The translations under genes and the position numbers were made by a program. A DNA stretch of 64,000 nucleotides from Azolla caroliniana. Its lineage: Eukaryota > Plantae > Polypodiophyta. The notes under the pieces were generated by a model that did not search any database, was not told the origin of the DNA, and saw only the letters and a program-made list of their open reading frames with translations. The stretch covers positions 65,461-129,460 of the forward strand of contig JBHGNT010000069.1 in assembly GCA_043228905.1 (NCBI GenBank). Reading direction: 5' to 3'. Of the stretch, positions 1 to 12,799 are shown one piece after another; positions within the stretch are counted from its first letter, which is position 1; each line of letters starts with the position of its first letter.

Positions 1-1859
1 TGGATTAATCAATCAAAGATGGACAAACTCTAAATTCACAAGCCTCATTAACTACCTAGACTTCTGGATGCTCATATATTGTTATCTACCTTGTATCTTG
101 GGTTTGGTTTGAGCACAATATGATGGAAATGTAGTCAACAAAATCTGTGAAGGTGACCCATATACATTAGAGAATGTGTCAATTTATTAATTATAGTAAC
201 ACATATTATTCATGGAGAACCTCAAGACAAGGTTAAAGCCCGCAAAATATACTAATGTACAAAGTTCCACTCAAAAGCATTGAAAGAAAATTTGAAAATT
301 GTCGATAGAAATGCCATGTAGCTAGAGACAATGATACAATTCTTGCCTCGAAGAGTGTTTGAAGAAACGACCATGAAAAATGGCTTGATGGAAATTATGG
401 AGTTGAGTGATAAAACTGAAGAAAGCAATGCCATGAGAATAGTCTTTCGTTTAACATGGTAGTGTGCAAAATTCTAGCTAACCACAATATTGTGATTCTA
501 CTCTAATATCTATGTTCCCTAATCCCAAAAATATTAAAAAATATAGATATTGAAAATTTGGATGCATCGCTAGGCGACTCTCAGAATGAGACCAAATATT
601 CAAAAATACTTATCAAAATGGAGTATTAGAAACAATGAGAAAGGTGTTGTGAGTAATAAAACCCAAGTAGGCAAATGCCATGAGAATAGTAGAACTACGG
701 GCAGTCTTTTGTGAGCGCAACATCGGCACAAAGGGAGTGTCATCAATCCTAGCTAACCGTTGGTTGAACACGAATTCATGGGCAGGTACCGATGAAGTGG
801 CTCACTTACCACCAGCTCGCTCATCGGAACCTCAAGTTTGTCTTCGAAGATAAAGAGCGCAGATTGGCCAAAAGGAAAGTAAGCAACAATAGTCTTTCGT
901 TTAACGACAAGGTAGTGTGCAAAATTCTAGCGAACCACAATATTGTGACTTATTTATCCATTGGTGATCATCATATTGCTTTATCCAAGGAGTGGGACAA
1001 AGCAACATATGTACCTTGCTTGCTCTATCCATGGGTACATATTTAGAGACAACAACCAATTCCAATATTGCAACCTATTTTGTGTCTCAAGTAGTGGAAA
1101 ATGCACCTAACCATGGACCGAATCCTCTATTTTATGCCATATATCTCTTTGGGAGATAGACACAATTTGCACCAATTATCACCCTTCATAGATGACATCA
1201 AATAGCCATAGATTGTTGTTAGGTGCTTAATGTGATAAACACCCTTTTTAGAAATGAAGATCATCTAGGTTATACACTAATTAATGCAAACCACAACAAA
1301 GGACAAATATGAGGTTCACAAGAGCAATTTGCCATTGATATGCGATAACCCTAAAGCTACGTATCCACACAACATTCATCCATTATTGTGGTCTAGCTAG
1401 CTAACATGCCTATTCTAAACCATCTAAGATAGTGGAGTAGTTTGTCTGCTCCTAACGATAATAACCAAGAGTCACTAGGTTAAAGCCATATGTATATCAC
1501 TTCATCTACACAAAACACATGATGCATCCATACCCCTCAAATGCTACATGCTCGACAATCCATGAGTACATATTGTGGAGAAGGACTCGGTCAACGATCA
1601 AATTGCATGGTAGGCCAAGCTCCGGGTTTATGAATCCTATTATACTGTATAAGACGAGACAATGGAAGGCCAAGAGAGGTCACGTTGTTGTCGTTGTCCG
1701 CTCTCATTCCACTAGGGAGTGTACCATGGTTTTGGACACGTGAAACAAATACACATATATGTATTATGTACATTGTACATACAATACCTAGTCAATGAAG
1801 GAAGCATTGGTAAAATGGCAGGAAGCTAACTCTCTCATATCTTTCTCTGCACATGAATC

Positions 1860-3314
1860 ATGATGGTGGATGAAGAAGAAGAAGAAGGAGAAGAAGGAGA
1901 AGAAGAAGAGATGGTGGAGACGTTATTTTCACCCCCCTCTCCGTTGATGGAAGCCACCATTCCTGCATCTGTTGTCGACTCCCTCCCAACCATTTCGAAA
2001 CGCCAGAGACGCCCAAATGTCCGATTGAACGAGATTGGGGTATATACTGCTCCTCATAGCAATCCTTCTTCGAACGACTGTTTCCTCAAAAGGAAAGGAG
2101 CAGAAGGCATTAAACTGGTCCCCTCTGTTGTTCTCCTTCCTCCTCCTTCTCCGTCATCGTCATCAGGTGAAAGACTCAAACACATCCCTAAATCGATTAA
2201 TAAACGTGGTAAAGATGGTGATTTTGATGAAAATGATGATGATTCCTTCTCCAAATTAGCCCTCGTTGATAAAATTGGGGGTAAGAAAGTATCCAAGAGA
2301 GCCTATATTAGCAAGGGCAACTTCTCTAAGAGGCATCAAACAACACACCCTCATTCTGATGACTTTAACCATCTCCCTCATGAAGAAAACCATCGCCCAG
2401 TTCATTTGATTGAAGAAAAGAGTCACCCTTATGAGTTTAATCATCATCAGTGTGAAGATAACCGTTATCCACTTGATGATTGCGAAGATAATATTCACCC
2501 AAATGAGTTTAATGATCGATCACTTCATCATTCTCAAGAAAATCACAGCCATAGATTGATGTATTGTAAGAACATGTCCGGAGTCACAGATGGTTTCTTA
2601 GAAGCTGCTGATGGTGCTTGCTCTGGCACTGAGAAAGGAACTATTAGAAGTCAACTCACAATGTCCAATCATGATGATATCCAGCCAGTTGGATTGAGCT
2701 TCAAGAAGGACTCTCTCAAGGTTTTGGATGGACAAATCCCATCCACAAAGTTGATGAAGAGCAAGACAAAGATCAATCCCAAGGCCAGGACTAAGCCCAA
2801 TGCCAACATAAAGACCAAGACAAATGTCAAGACCAAGACCATTGCCAATGCCAATGCCAATGCCAACATAAAGACCAAGTCAAATGCCAAGACCAAGACC
2901 ATTGCCAGTGCCAAGACCATGACTGTGATCAAGACTAGGAATAGAAGCGGTCATGTCCCAAAGGATATCATACAATCCCCGCCTAAAGATGAAATTGAAG
3001 AGAGGGAGGAACCCTCTCGTAGTGATGTTCACGAACGACTAATCTTGCAACATCCCTCTATATGTCTTGTGCCGCCACCGCCCCTTGATGATAAGGTGAG
3101 AGATTGGTTGAAAAAAATTGGACTCGAGAAATACTCTTCAGTATTTCAGCACCATGAAGTCACAAATGATGTCTTTCCTCTTTTAACCATGGACGACCTC
3201 AAGGAGATGGGTGTAAGTGCCATCGGATCCCGGCGTAAGCTTTTCTCTGAAATCACGAAGCTCCGGCAACCTCTTAGAATGCTTGTGGATGAATCTTTGT
3301 CTGATGGAAAGTGA
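1860..3314 (+). CDS. Sterile alpha motif (SAM) domain protein, single exon, 484 aa
   Basis: C-terminal VRDWLKKIGLEKYSSVFQHHEVTNDVFPLLTMDDLKEMGVSAIGSRRKLFSEITKL is a typical SAM domain. N-terminal SKRQRRPNVRLNEIG resembles the basic motif of plant SAM-only proteins. The middle is low-complexity (His-rich; KTKxNA repeats). Confidence 0.9.
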   Translation: MMVDEEEEEGEEGEEEEMVETLFSPPSPLMEATIPASVVDSLPTISKRQRRPNVRLNEIGVYTAPHSNPSSNDCFLKRKGAEGIKLVPSVVLLPPPSPSSSSGERLKHIPKSINKRGKDGDFDENDDDSFSKLALVDKIGGKKVSKRAYISKGNFSKRHQTTHPHSDDFNHLPHEENHRPVHLIEEKSHPYEFNHHQCEDNRYPLDDCEDNIHPNEFNDRSLHHSQENHSHRLMYCKNMSGVTDGFLEAADGACSGTEKGTIRSQLTMSNHDDIQPVGLSFKKDSLKVLDGQIPSTKLMKSKTKINPKARTKPNANIKTKTNVKTKTIANANANANIKTKSNAKTKTIASAKTMTVIKTRNRSGHVPKDIIQSPPKDEIEEREEPSRSDVHERLILQHPSICLVPPPPLDDKVRDWLKKIGLEKYSSVFQHHEVTNDVFPLLTMDDLKEMGVSAIGSRRKLFSEITKLRQPLRMLVDESLSDGK

Positions 3315-5544
3315 AACCAGTTTTTTCAAGAAATCGCATATTTTGCCCACATATAGACAAGGTTTGCTTCTTGAGGTTTGTGATAATGGATGACAGTCTT
3401 TTAACTTGTATCTTGTAACATCAATGCTTATCATGTTGCTGTATTCCAGTGTAGATCAGAACAAAAAAATCTAGTATTCAAGTTATCGTGGTTGTAGCTT
3501 ATAATATTTATTAACATCAATGCTTATCATTGTGGTATATTCCTGTGTGGATCATTAGACCATGTACACTTTAATTGCAACTTTAATGGCATGAATATCA
3601 CGCAGATGTAGTTCTTGAGTCTTAACTTCTGGGAAAATAGATCATTAATCTCTAATATCAAATGAATTGGTGATACAAGCCGGATGATGCATCCACCGTT
3701 ACGTTATTATATGCCTAGAACATCCTCTACAACATAGTTTTTCCAATCTTGGCCATTGGTTACACTCATAATGATTTAGGTACTTGGGGTGTGGTCTTCT
3801 GAGAAGAGATTGCACGTCTCATAGGTTTCAAAATTTATATAACATTACGTCCTTAGGATTTGGGTCTAGAGATTTGTAATTGCTGCCTATTACTCTTGAT
3901 ATAGGGGAGAGACGTGGCAATTGATTAGTGCAAAGAATAGTAGATATTGAATGTCTCATTCGACCTTTGACAAAATCAGTCTTTAAAGACAAATCTGCAC
4001 AAATTTCTCTAGTGAACTGAAGTGAATCATGCCACATGTATAAAGACACATTTCAGTTGAAAATGTCATAGTTCTAATAGCCAAATATGCCAGACCTGAT
4101 GAGACTAGACTAGTGGGTCAAACTAATGAGAAATCCAGTATCAATTTTATACTCTCACTCCAATCATTAAATCCAATTTAATTAAGTATCAAAAGGAAAC
4201 CAGGAAAACTTTGTTCTTATAAGTCCTGAATGTGTTTATTGAATACAAAATTAGGTGCTGTATAGACCAAAACATTTGCATACTAGCCTCTAATCTCATC
4301 TTTAAAGACAATGGAAAATCTATCTATTATAACAAAAAATAGTTCCATACCAATGAAAAGCTTGCTTATTAATATTGAGCAGATGCTTAATTCCACGACA
4401 GAACCACCAAAGAGAAGAGTTTTGACCTCCACACAATACATTTCATGTTGCTCTGATGCCTCAAGTCTATAGATATTGGACGATACAACATTTGGGTATT
4501 GCATATCAATCATTACATAGAAGGAGCATACATATGAGAAGAGTTAAACCAAAATTTACACATTATTTCTACCAACAAAAAAACCTGCAGTTGTGGCTTC
4601 TTCTACAGGACAAGGCCGATTGATACAATCGTTTTGATCAAAATAATGTGGGCACGTTTTTGGATAGGAAGGCATTATTTATTGAAAAAAAATTGCATTA
4701 TGGATTATAATTTGCAAATCAAAACAATAAGAAAGATCAAAAAACAAAGACTCGATTAAAAAGTAGTAGAAAAAACATGCAATTACAACAACGAGAAACA
4801 TAGAAACAGATCAGTGGTGAAGGGAACAAAAAGAAAAGAAATGAATTTGTAGAACAATGTCTCTGATATCCAGATGCTAATAAATTAAAGAAGTAAGCAT
4901 CTTGTTCTCTAAAATTCCATATCTAGCCGAATCCAATTTCCTTTAACTCTAAATCTTATGTGACTTTTCTTCATCTATTTCCTTCTTCATTGACTTTTTT
5001 CTTCCTCTTTCTCCTTTCTAATCCTCCTCAGAGCTTATAATGCCGCTGTCTCTCTCTTTCTCTCTCTCTGTCATGCCTCAGCAAAGGAAGTCTTCACGTT
5101 GCTAACCTGAACCAAAACATGGAACCTCAGGGATATATCATATATATATACATATTCATTCATACTTTTCGAAATGTTAAAAGAATTGCAAGTAGTATTT
5201 ATGGTGATGTAAGACATTTATCCAGAAGTAGATCTATGGAACAAACAAGAAGCAGAAAAAAGTATCTTCAGCAAGGCAGTTATGGAGCAAGGGTTCAATT
5301 TTATCTTCAAAAGCTCAAAAGAACAAAGTATGGAGCTTCGACATCATGACCCATGAAACAGGTTTAATCAGTTGGATAATATGACAAAATTACCACACAT
5401 CAAAAGTACACAGTACACAAAACAAGAAAAATGGTTCGATGGCTTTAACACCATAGAGCAAAAAAAAAAGGATTGAATATTGACAATGCTAAATTGTACA
5501 CCAAGGGCACATGGGCAAAGATCCATCTGCGCAGAAAGATGGAC

Positions 5545-5886
5545 ACATATGCATGGACATGGAGACATGGGTAAGGAGACACATGAACAGGAACAGGGAC
5601 ATGGACAGTGAGTGACATACAAGCATGGTCACATGAGCGTACATGGACAAGGACATATGGACACATGAGCTGTGTTACATTATTGACACATGAAGCCATT
5701 ACAAGACCCAGTAAAACACACGAGGATATATGGACACATGAGCTGTGATACATGGACACATTGACATATGAAGCCATTACAAGACCCAGTGAAACACACT
5801 GAGGACATATGGACACGTGAACTGTGTACACGGACACATTGACACATTGACACATGAAGCCATTACAAGACCCAGTAAAACACACG
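5545..5886. repeat. Degenerate GGACACATG-rich minisatellite downstream of RPL12
   Basis: ATGAAGCCATTACAAGACCCAGT occurs three times (~5690, ~5768, ~5854), embedded in many GGACACATG-like motifs. Confidence 0.75.
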
Positions 5887-5937
5887 AATTAAAAAATAAA
5901 TAAAACCAAAGGAAAGATTTGAGTGCAATTTGACCTC

Positions 5938-6555
5938 TTATTTGACAGAGCACTTGGCTCCAGCAGCTTCTAGCTGTTTCTTAGCTTCATCAGCTTCTTC
6001 CTTAGTGGCGCCTTGCTTGAGGGGTTTAGGCAGGCCTTCGATGAGATCTTTGGCTTCTTTGAGGCCAAGGCTAGTGAGGGATCGGATAGCCTTGATCACT
6101 GCGATGCGTTGAGCTGTGGGGACCTCATCGATGATGACATCGAATTCGGTTTGTTCTTCGACTGCAGGGGCAGCTTCAGCCACTGCGGCGGCGGCACCAG
6201 GCGCGGCTGCAGCAGCAGGAGCAAAGGCGGCAGCAGTGACTCCGAGCTCGGTCTGCAGCCAATCAACCAGGTTCCGTGCCTCCTCCAGGGTTAGGGACTT
6301 TATCTCACCCCCCAACTTCTCCAGCTTCGCAGTGTCGACGGCCGCCCTTACTGCAAGGGATGAAGCAGGCGCGGTGCTTGGGCGGCCCAGGTATGGCTTC
6401 TTCGTCTTCATGCGCAGGGCCGGCCCGAACAGGGAGCTCCGAGATAGGGAAGGAGACGAGGATGGAGGGGATTGCGAGGAAGATGATGGTGATTGCGATG
6501 TGGAAGAAGCTGTGGGGAGGATGAGGAAGGACGAACAAGCTAAAGCAGCAGCCAT
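5938..6555 (-). CDS. RPL12: Plastid 50S ribosomal protein L12 precursor, intronless
   Basis: Ser-rich transit peptide ending in ...LAVRA, then [14 protein letters not shown], an Ala-rich hinge, EEQTEFDV and [15 protein letters not shown]...[10 protein letters not shown] (L7/L12 C-terminal domain). Confidence 0.95.
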   Translation of the reverse strand: MAAALACSSFLILPTASSTSQSPSSSSQSPPSSSPSLSRSSLFGPALRMKTKKPYLGRPSTAPASSLAVRAAVDTAKLEKLGGEIKSLTLEEARNLVDWLQTELGVTAAAFAPAAAAAPGAAAAVAEAAPAVEEQTEFDVIIDEVPTAQRIAVIKAIRSLTSLGLKEAKDLIEGLPKPLKQGATKEEADEAKKQLEAAGAKCSVK

Positions 6556-6806
6556 GGCTCCTTCTTGCCCTGTTTCTTGAATGCAGACTTCTCTCTGTGT
6601 GTGTGTAAAACTGGTACTCTAGAGTCTTGAGAGAAGGAAGAAGGAAGAAGAAGGGATAAGGCGTGGTGTTTATTTTGCACCCTTCACAGATAAGCCTTCG
6701 GTTTTGCACCCTTCACTATCTATAACAACAGATAGGGTCCGTTTCACACTACTCGGACATAATGTTATATCATCCACCATCTCAAGTGGATTAGACCCTC
6801 TGTCTT

Positions 6807-6807
<1 letters not shown>

Positions 6808-6865
<58 letters not shown>

Positions 6866-6920
6866 GGACACACGTAGCGGACGATTTCCGTTGCTTATAT
6901 CGATATAACTTCATCAGTAT

Positions 6921-6988
<68 letters not shown>

Positions 6989-7136
6989 GTCTTTTGTTGC
7001 TTGCACCGATATAACTCAGTCTGTATGCAATGAGTGAGAGAGATTTCTGTTGGTTATACTTATATAACTCGGTCTGTATGTTGTGAGTGAAAGAGAAATT
7101 TCCATTGCTTATACCAATATAACTCGCTTTGTATGT

Positions 7137-7173
<37 letters not shown>

Positions 7174-7250
7174 CTTTATCTTGTAGTGAGAAAGAGAGAG
7201 ATTTCGATTTCTTATACCGATATAACTGGGTCCGTATGTAGTGTGTGACA
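6808..7250. repeat. Microsatellite cluster (TC)n, (TG)n, (AG)n interleaved with a ~40 bp degenerate repeat
   Basis: (TC)n ~6808-6860, (TG)n ~6923-6963, (AG)n ~6964-6988 and ~7141-7170. A TTGCTTATACCGATATAACTCGGTCTGTATG-like unit occurs about five times. Confidence 0.85.
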
Positions 7251-8644
7251 GAGAAATATCATTGAGACCGTGAGGTTGTCCACCAAACCACCACACTCCA
7301 TGTTGGCATGCACTATTATGGGTTTAGTTTGAGGGATTTGAACCCTCGTATAGTTGTTTCACAGAGAATATATTTAAAGCCCTGCATTCTGCAATGACAT
7401 GTAGTGTGACAATTGAACCGACATATGGTTGTTTAATGAATACTATCAAATTGTGCACTTGCTTGTTACATTCCACAATGGCATTCAATAGAGGCAATGG
7501 GATTTGCACCCCCCCGACCCGTTCATGTATGAGGACATGTCCTTATCAATAAGCTTCATCAGGAATGACTTTTTTCCTTGGGTCAGATGAAGAGATTTCT
7601 AAACAATCTATTGTGTCATGAACCCCATTGGGGATGATGAGAAGGTGGTGGTTGAGGTACAAGTCCAATTTTTATGTTGAAGGAAACAAATTGGAATACG
7701 GAACTTTGTGACTTGTTCCGGAATGCGCCTCGCTACCACTTGCTCATTCACATTACTTGATTTTTTCTAGGATATCTTTCATGATTAGAGTAATAGCTTT
7801 CACGGAGTCTTTCCTCCATGTGGAAATCATTAAGGGATCCTTGATCAATCTCTACCTTTGTTCTAACAAATTGGGGTATATGAGGTTCCAATTTTGTCCG
7901 AAGCATATTAGCACTACTAGCAATCACTTAACTAGGCTATCCTTAAGAATACTTAAACTTGACGATTCTTAAAACCAAGTGATGGAAACAAGCTATTATG
8001 TATGTTAATCTATACATAAACAATAAAACAATACATTGAAGGCAATCACAATATTCTATTAACAAATTCTTCATCAACTTCATACAAACCAAGTCCTTAG
8101 GTTGGGATACTTGTGACACATATTTTTTTCCAAAAAAGGGGTTACTTTCCCATTAGTTGGGAGATTTTTAGAGAAATATTATACAAGAAATGGGGGAATC
8201 ACCTCCCACCCTCCCTCTGTTGAAGGCCAGCTCTAGATACCTACTTACATTAAGTAGAAAGTAAGAGAGGATATGTACGCAGTCTCGAATTCTTGAACTT
8301 AACAGATGTAATATCATATTCTTTGGTTTTGATATCCATATGAGTTGTACTATCTTCAATGTAGAATATTGGTCATAGGCTAAAAATATACAAAAACATG
8401 TTTATCTTGGAAATTATGGTGATTTACCCTTTATTATGGAGGAATCGTTGATGCTTGATGGGCTTGTAATGCCGAAATAACCCTTAAGGGTTTCCAAGTC
8501 CAACTCATATAAACGGCCTAGAGCTCTTATGTAAAAGGGGCCTTTGGGGCTACACTTTGGTCCTCATTCTATAACTTTGCATCCACTAAGAACCACTTTC
8601 TTTCACTCAAAAATCCCATTCTAATCAATCAAGATATACGTGTA

Positions 8645-9157
8645 TTATTATTTTATTTTCCAAAAAAACCTACTTCCATTAGTTAAGGCAATGTACGTAG
8701 GATAATATACAACTCATATCTTACAGGCCAACTTGCATGGGGAAAAGAAAACAACATGCGTAAAGGAAACAACAAAAACACTCCAAAACACCACATCATT
8801 CAATGAGCATAGCATTATTCAACCGCATACCCTCCACGTGAGCCTCATACAACCCGAATTCAGCATAGACATCCTCCAATCTCTTCTCGTGGCAGCACCC
8901 ATCTATATGTTAGGTACACTTGGAGGGAACAACCCCCGTGGTGGTTGATAATTCCACTTCGTTTTGCCATCCACCATCTGCAACATCGGAGAACCTCTCC
9001 ATTTCAGAAGGAACCGAGCTCTAGCTTCTTCACTTGCGTCTGAGGGCCCTTGAAGGCTTTCAAACTCTCCTCATAACGTAGAAATAAGATTAAACTAGAT
9101 CATCATTAAACTCTCAGTCGGTGGGGTTCGCTTACCTGAGAAAGTCTCCTTGCACCT
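8645..9157 (-). mobile_element. 3' end of a 5'-truncated L1-like LINE (copy A), interrupted by an LTR element
   Basis: Colinear with 14949-15460. The minus strand encodes RCKETFSGKRTPPTESLMMI... and ends in an A-rich tail near 8645-8660. Confidence 0.7.
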
Positions 9158-9617
9158 TATTAGAGGCATGAACTAATGTAAGCATTAGACAAGGATAGAA
9201 TATATATAAATAGATAGAAAGGAGAGAGAGAGAAAGAAGGGTGTCGATCCACCCGACCACCCCCCAGCGAAGGAATCAAGACGGACTCGAGCCTCGATCA
9301 GCGTCCCATACCACCGTCGTGGCGTCGAGTCATACCTGGTGCTGGCGCGCTCGCTACAAGAGTTGACCCACCACAAGATAGAATCTCGACGTAGTCAACA
9401 AGATGATCAAATGAGGGTAGTTAGGCCTCTTATTTATAGTGATACCCAAGGCCCCCCATGCAAGTTCACACTTGGCCTAATGGGTTGTCTCAATCCTGAG
9501 GATTAAAAGTAATCCTCCCCTTCTTTACACTCTCATTTAACCCTCACAGTTATCCACGTGTATAGAATACTACGGTAAATTCTCACTACGAGATATTATA
9601 TGGTCATGCCCGTAACA
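9158..9617 (-). repeat. 3' LTR of the deleted element
   Basis: Direct repeat of 11956-12412 with roughly 20 substitutions and small indels (counted by eye). Ends are TGTTA...TAATA on the minus strand. Confidence 0.92.
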
Positions 9618-11955
9618 CACTCCCCCTCTTTAAAACATTGCACTCTTGCAATGGAAAGTTAGGGAAGTTAGTTCCGAGAGAATTTTCGCGTTCCCATGTG
9701 GCATCTTTTATTGATTTATCCATCCATTTATTTCCCCAAAGTTCGGAGCCCACGCCACCAGGCGGCGGCCTTACCCCCTAGTTCTCGGCCGACGTATGCA
9801 ATCTTCGTACTATCTGGCGTGGGATAGAGCTCAAAATGAGACTCCCATCGGCCCAACCACGTGCAAATTGCTTCTTCGGTTCTTTCCTTTTTTTCTCCCA
9901 TAAATGGCTTAACGACAAACGATGTTTCACCCTATCGCTCATCAAGTCTATTAGTCTCACGTTGTAAACTAATGACACGTGCCTTGAGAGCACTTTGAGA
10001 TTGCTGAAGTTCGGTCATTTGTTGAGCGGTGAAACTAAGGTATTGGGTTATTTGTGAAAAATACATCTCAATGGACATTTGTCCAGGAGAATTTCCTTGA
10101 GTTCCTTCCGCTTGAGCGGATGACATCGGGTCGTTATTTTGAGCCATTGAATGATTATTTCTGGCAAAGAAATAGGATAAGGTCAGACAAATAGTCATAA
10201 CATCATGTCGTGATGTAAACAAATCATGGACAAACATTAATCGATATCATGATCTCACGTCAATACCCCTCTAGACGTATGAGATGAGGTTCAAGATCAG
10301 GTTACTATGGTAACACAAAGGTGTTTTAAAAACCACGGGGGTGACAAATTAATGTCTTTCCCTTATCTCTATATCGATTTTTTCATGGCGGCTCCCCGAG
10401 GCTCAACCATGTATGTTCGCGTCATGAATAGTTTATACACGAAAAAAATGTTAACAATAAACTATGTTTCTGTGCCCACATATGTGGTTTCGGCTCTTTA
10501 AGTCCTATTGCAAGGACCCCGAAGTGTACTTAGACCTCAAATCTAAACATGTGTTATAGTCATATGTATCAACGATGTTGTATGGTCTTGGTTATATTTG
10601 AACTCGAGACCTCGAGAACAAATGCATTAAACACTTGAGCCAACCAAGTAAGTTGCTCTTCTTGAATGTTTGATGTTTCATGCGTATAAGAGATATGCGA
10701 GGCATTTGCCCATATATGTTTTTTTAAAAGAAACACATATGTCAAGAGTCCTTATTTCCCCCTCGTTTACTACAAAATATGTTGGTATGTTACTTAACCC
10801 CAAGTCTCGTAATTACGATAGCATACGCCAAAGTGCAACCTAATGGTCATGCCAAATGAGCCCTGTTTTTGCAGTAGACCAACGTGGCCTATCACATGGT
10901 TACGTCATTACGAATGCCTTTCGTAAGAATGATCTCATGGTGGCATCTTATCCATGTAACGAGGGAGGGATGTTGGATATGTGTGTCATAGGAGCGACCT
11001 ACATGAAGTGGGTCAAGCCCTACGTTCTAACCTTCATTGTGGCTATAAGCATTTCTTTACGTAATAAAATCGAAGTCACCGACTGGAATGTCAACAATAA
11101 AAAATTGTTGAAAAAAGGGATGGTGACAACGTCATCCTCACAAAAATGTGAGGACGGCCACCAAGATCCTTTCCCCGAAAAGGAAAACATTCGATACTAA
11201 AAGGAAATTGATAAATTCATAGTTTTTTGGGGGGGATGGAATCTGTCTATCATTTGTAATCATATTTCTGAACTAAAAAAAAAACTGTGAATTTACCAAT
11301 TCCCTATTAAAATCACGTAATAACTTATATATACATATGTATATTATCACATGTATACGATCAAATACGTATACACGTGATCACATATGTGTATATTAAA
11401 CAAATCGTTACATCAAATAGCCATAAATGATATAATCGAGATACGTAATCGAGGCATATACCTCTACGCAAATGAAACATCCAAAAATAGGGGTTCATCG
11501 TAATACGCAATTGAGGTATTGACCTCTTACGCATACGACACCAAACGCATATCATTTATAACGAAATTGAGGTATTGACCTCATACGCATACATAACATA
11601 TGTACGTGAACGTAATACGCAATTGAGGTGTTAACCTCGTACGCATACGACACTAATCACATATTATTTATATGTCAAATGAGGTATTGACCTCGTGCAC
11701 ATATGTAAACGTTTCATACAACCAATTAATTACCACTACAACATCATTAAATTAATGAAAACAATTACATATAGACTATACACATGATTAGATGGGAGAA
11801 GAAAAAATAGAAAAAATAAAATAAGGAAAGCGTTACCGAAGTTCCTTTGTTGATCGTTGTCTAGATCAAGGCCGACCGCACATCGATCGATCACCATCAA
11901 TCAACAAAACAAAAGACAACAAAAGAAACATTAGAACATAGGCTCTAATACCAAC

Positions 11956-12412
11956 TATTAGAGACATGAACTAATGTAAGCATTAGACAAGGATAGAATA
12001 TATATAAATAGATAGAAAGGAGAGAGAGAAAGAAGGGTGCCGATCCACCCGACCACCCCCGAGCGAAGGAATCGAGACGGACTCGAGCCTCGATCGGCGT
12101 CCCATACCACCGTCGTGGCATCCAGTCGTACCTGGTGCTGGCGCGCTCGCTACAAGAGTTGACCCACCCCAAGACAGAGTCTCAAAGTAGTCAACAAGAT
12201 GATCAAATGAGGGTAGTTAGGCCTCTTATTTATAGCGATACCCAAGGCCCCCAAGCAAGTTCACACTTGGCCTAATGGGTTGTCTCAATCATGAGGATTA
12301 AAAGTAATCCTCCCCTTCTTTACACTCTCGTTTAACCCTCACAGTTATCCATGTGTATAGAATACTACGGTAAATTCTCACCATGGGATATTATATGGTC
12401 ATGCCCGTAACA
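11956..12412 (-). repeat. 5' LTR of the deleted element
   Basis: Followed on the minus strand by a tRNA-iMet-type PBS; homologous to the LTRs at 33059 and 39622. Confidence 0.92.
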
Positions 12413-12697
12413 CACCTAGATACCCACACTTGCCAAACTGTAAGGCCGACCACTAATAACCATATGTCCACGTATTGTTCCTGTATGTAGAATGAACCTC
12501 CTTGCGTTGAAGGTTGTACAGCTCCTTGCATTACCTTTAAAGAAGGATTATTTCCTATCCCCCCTTGAAAACCACGCAACCGATTCAGTGGCCACCCAAG
12601 TGACTGTTGCGCTCGATACATGAACATCAACCCCGAATAGAGCCAAGATTCTTAAGCTCCTCGTCCAAACTTTTTGGGCTTGTGGGCAGCTCCACAA
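12413..12697 (-). mobile_element. Continuation of LINE copy A on the other side of the LTR insertion
   Basis: The minus strand gives WSCPQAQKVW (end of a zf-RVT-like motif) and YVDIWLLVVGLTVWQVWVSR, which joins CKET at 9157 once the LTR element and one TSD copy are removed. Confidence 0.75.
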
Positions 12698-12799
12698 TTA
12701 CTTAGCAATTCTATATCTAATCAAGACATGTTTTATGTTTCTTATTTGGTGGTTATGTATTTAGTTAAGTCGAATATATTTCTTAATTGTGGAGTATTT

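Larger units (their letters stand above)
9158..12412 (-). mobile_element. Internally deleted Ty3/gypsy LTR retrotransposon, same family as 33059-40076
   Basis: LTRs at 11956-12412 (5') and 9158-9617 (3'); 5-bp TSD CACCT at 9153-9157 and 12413-12417; PBS TGGTATTAGAGC at 11942-11953; PPT at ~9620-9632. It keeps the leader, the gag N-terminus ([18 protein letters not shown]...) and the last ~110 bp of pol; PR/RT/RH/IN are absent. Confidence 0.93.

Noticed and set aside
420-1050. Dispersed duplicated segments (~438-497 and ~887-947) and ORF 792-1046
   Set aside because: Probably rearranged TE debris; no recognisable domain or termini to support a call.
4090-4145. Hammerhead ribozyme-like CTGATGAGAC...GTCAAAC
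   Set aside because: It lacks the G of the conserved GAAA, and no convincing stems I and III or cleavage-site pairing could be built.
5368-5885. Cys/His/Val-rich ORFs downstream of RPL12
   Set aside because: Translation of the GGACACATG minisatellite, not a metal-binding protein.
5930-6709. Overlapping ORFs on both strands around RPL12
   Set aside because: Shadow ORFs of a GC-rich coding sequence, with no independent motifs.
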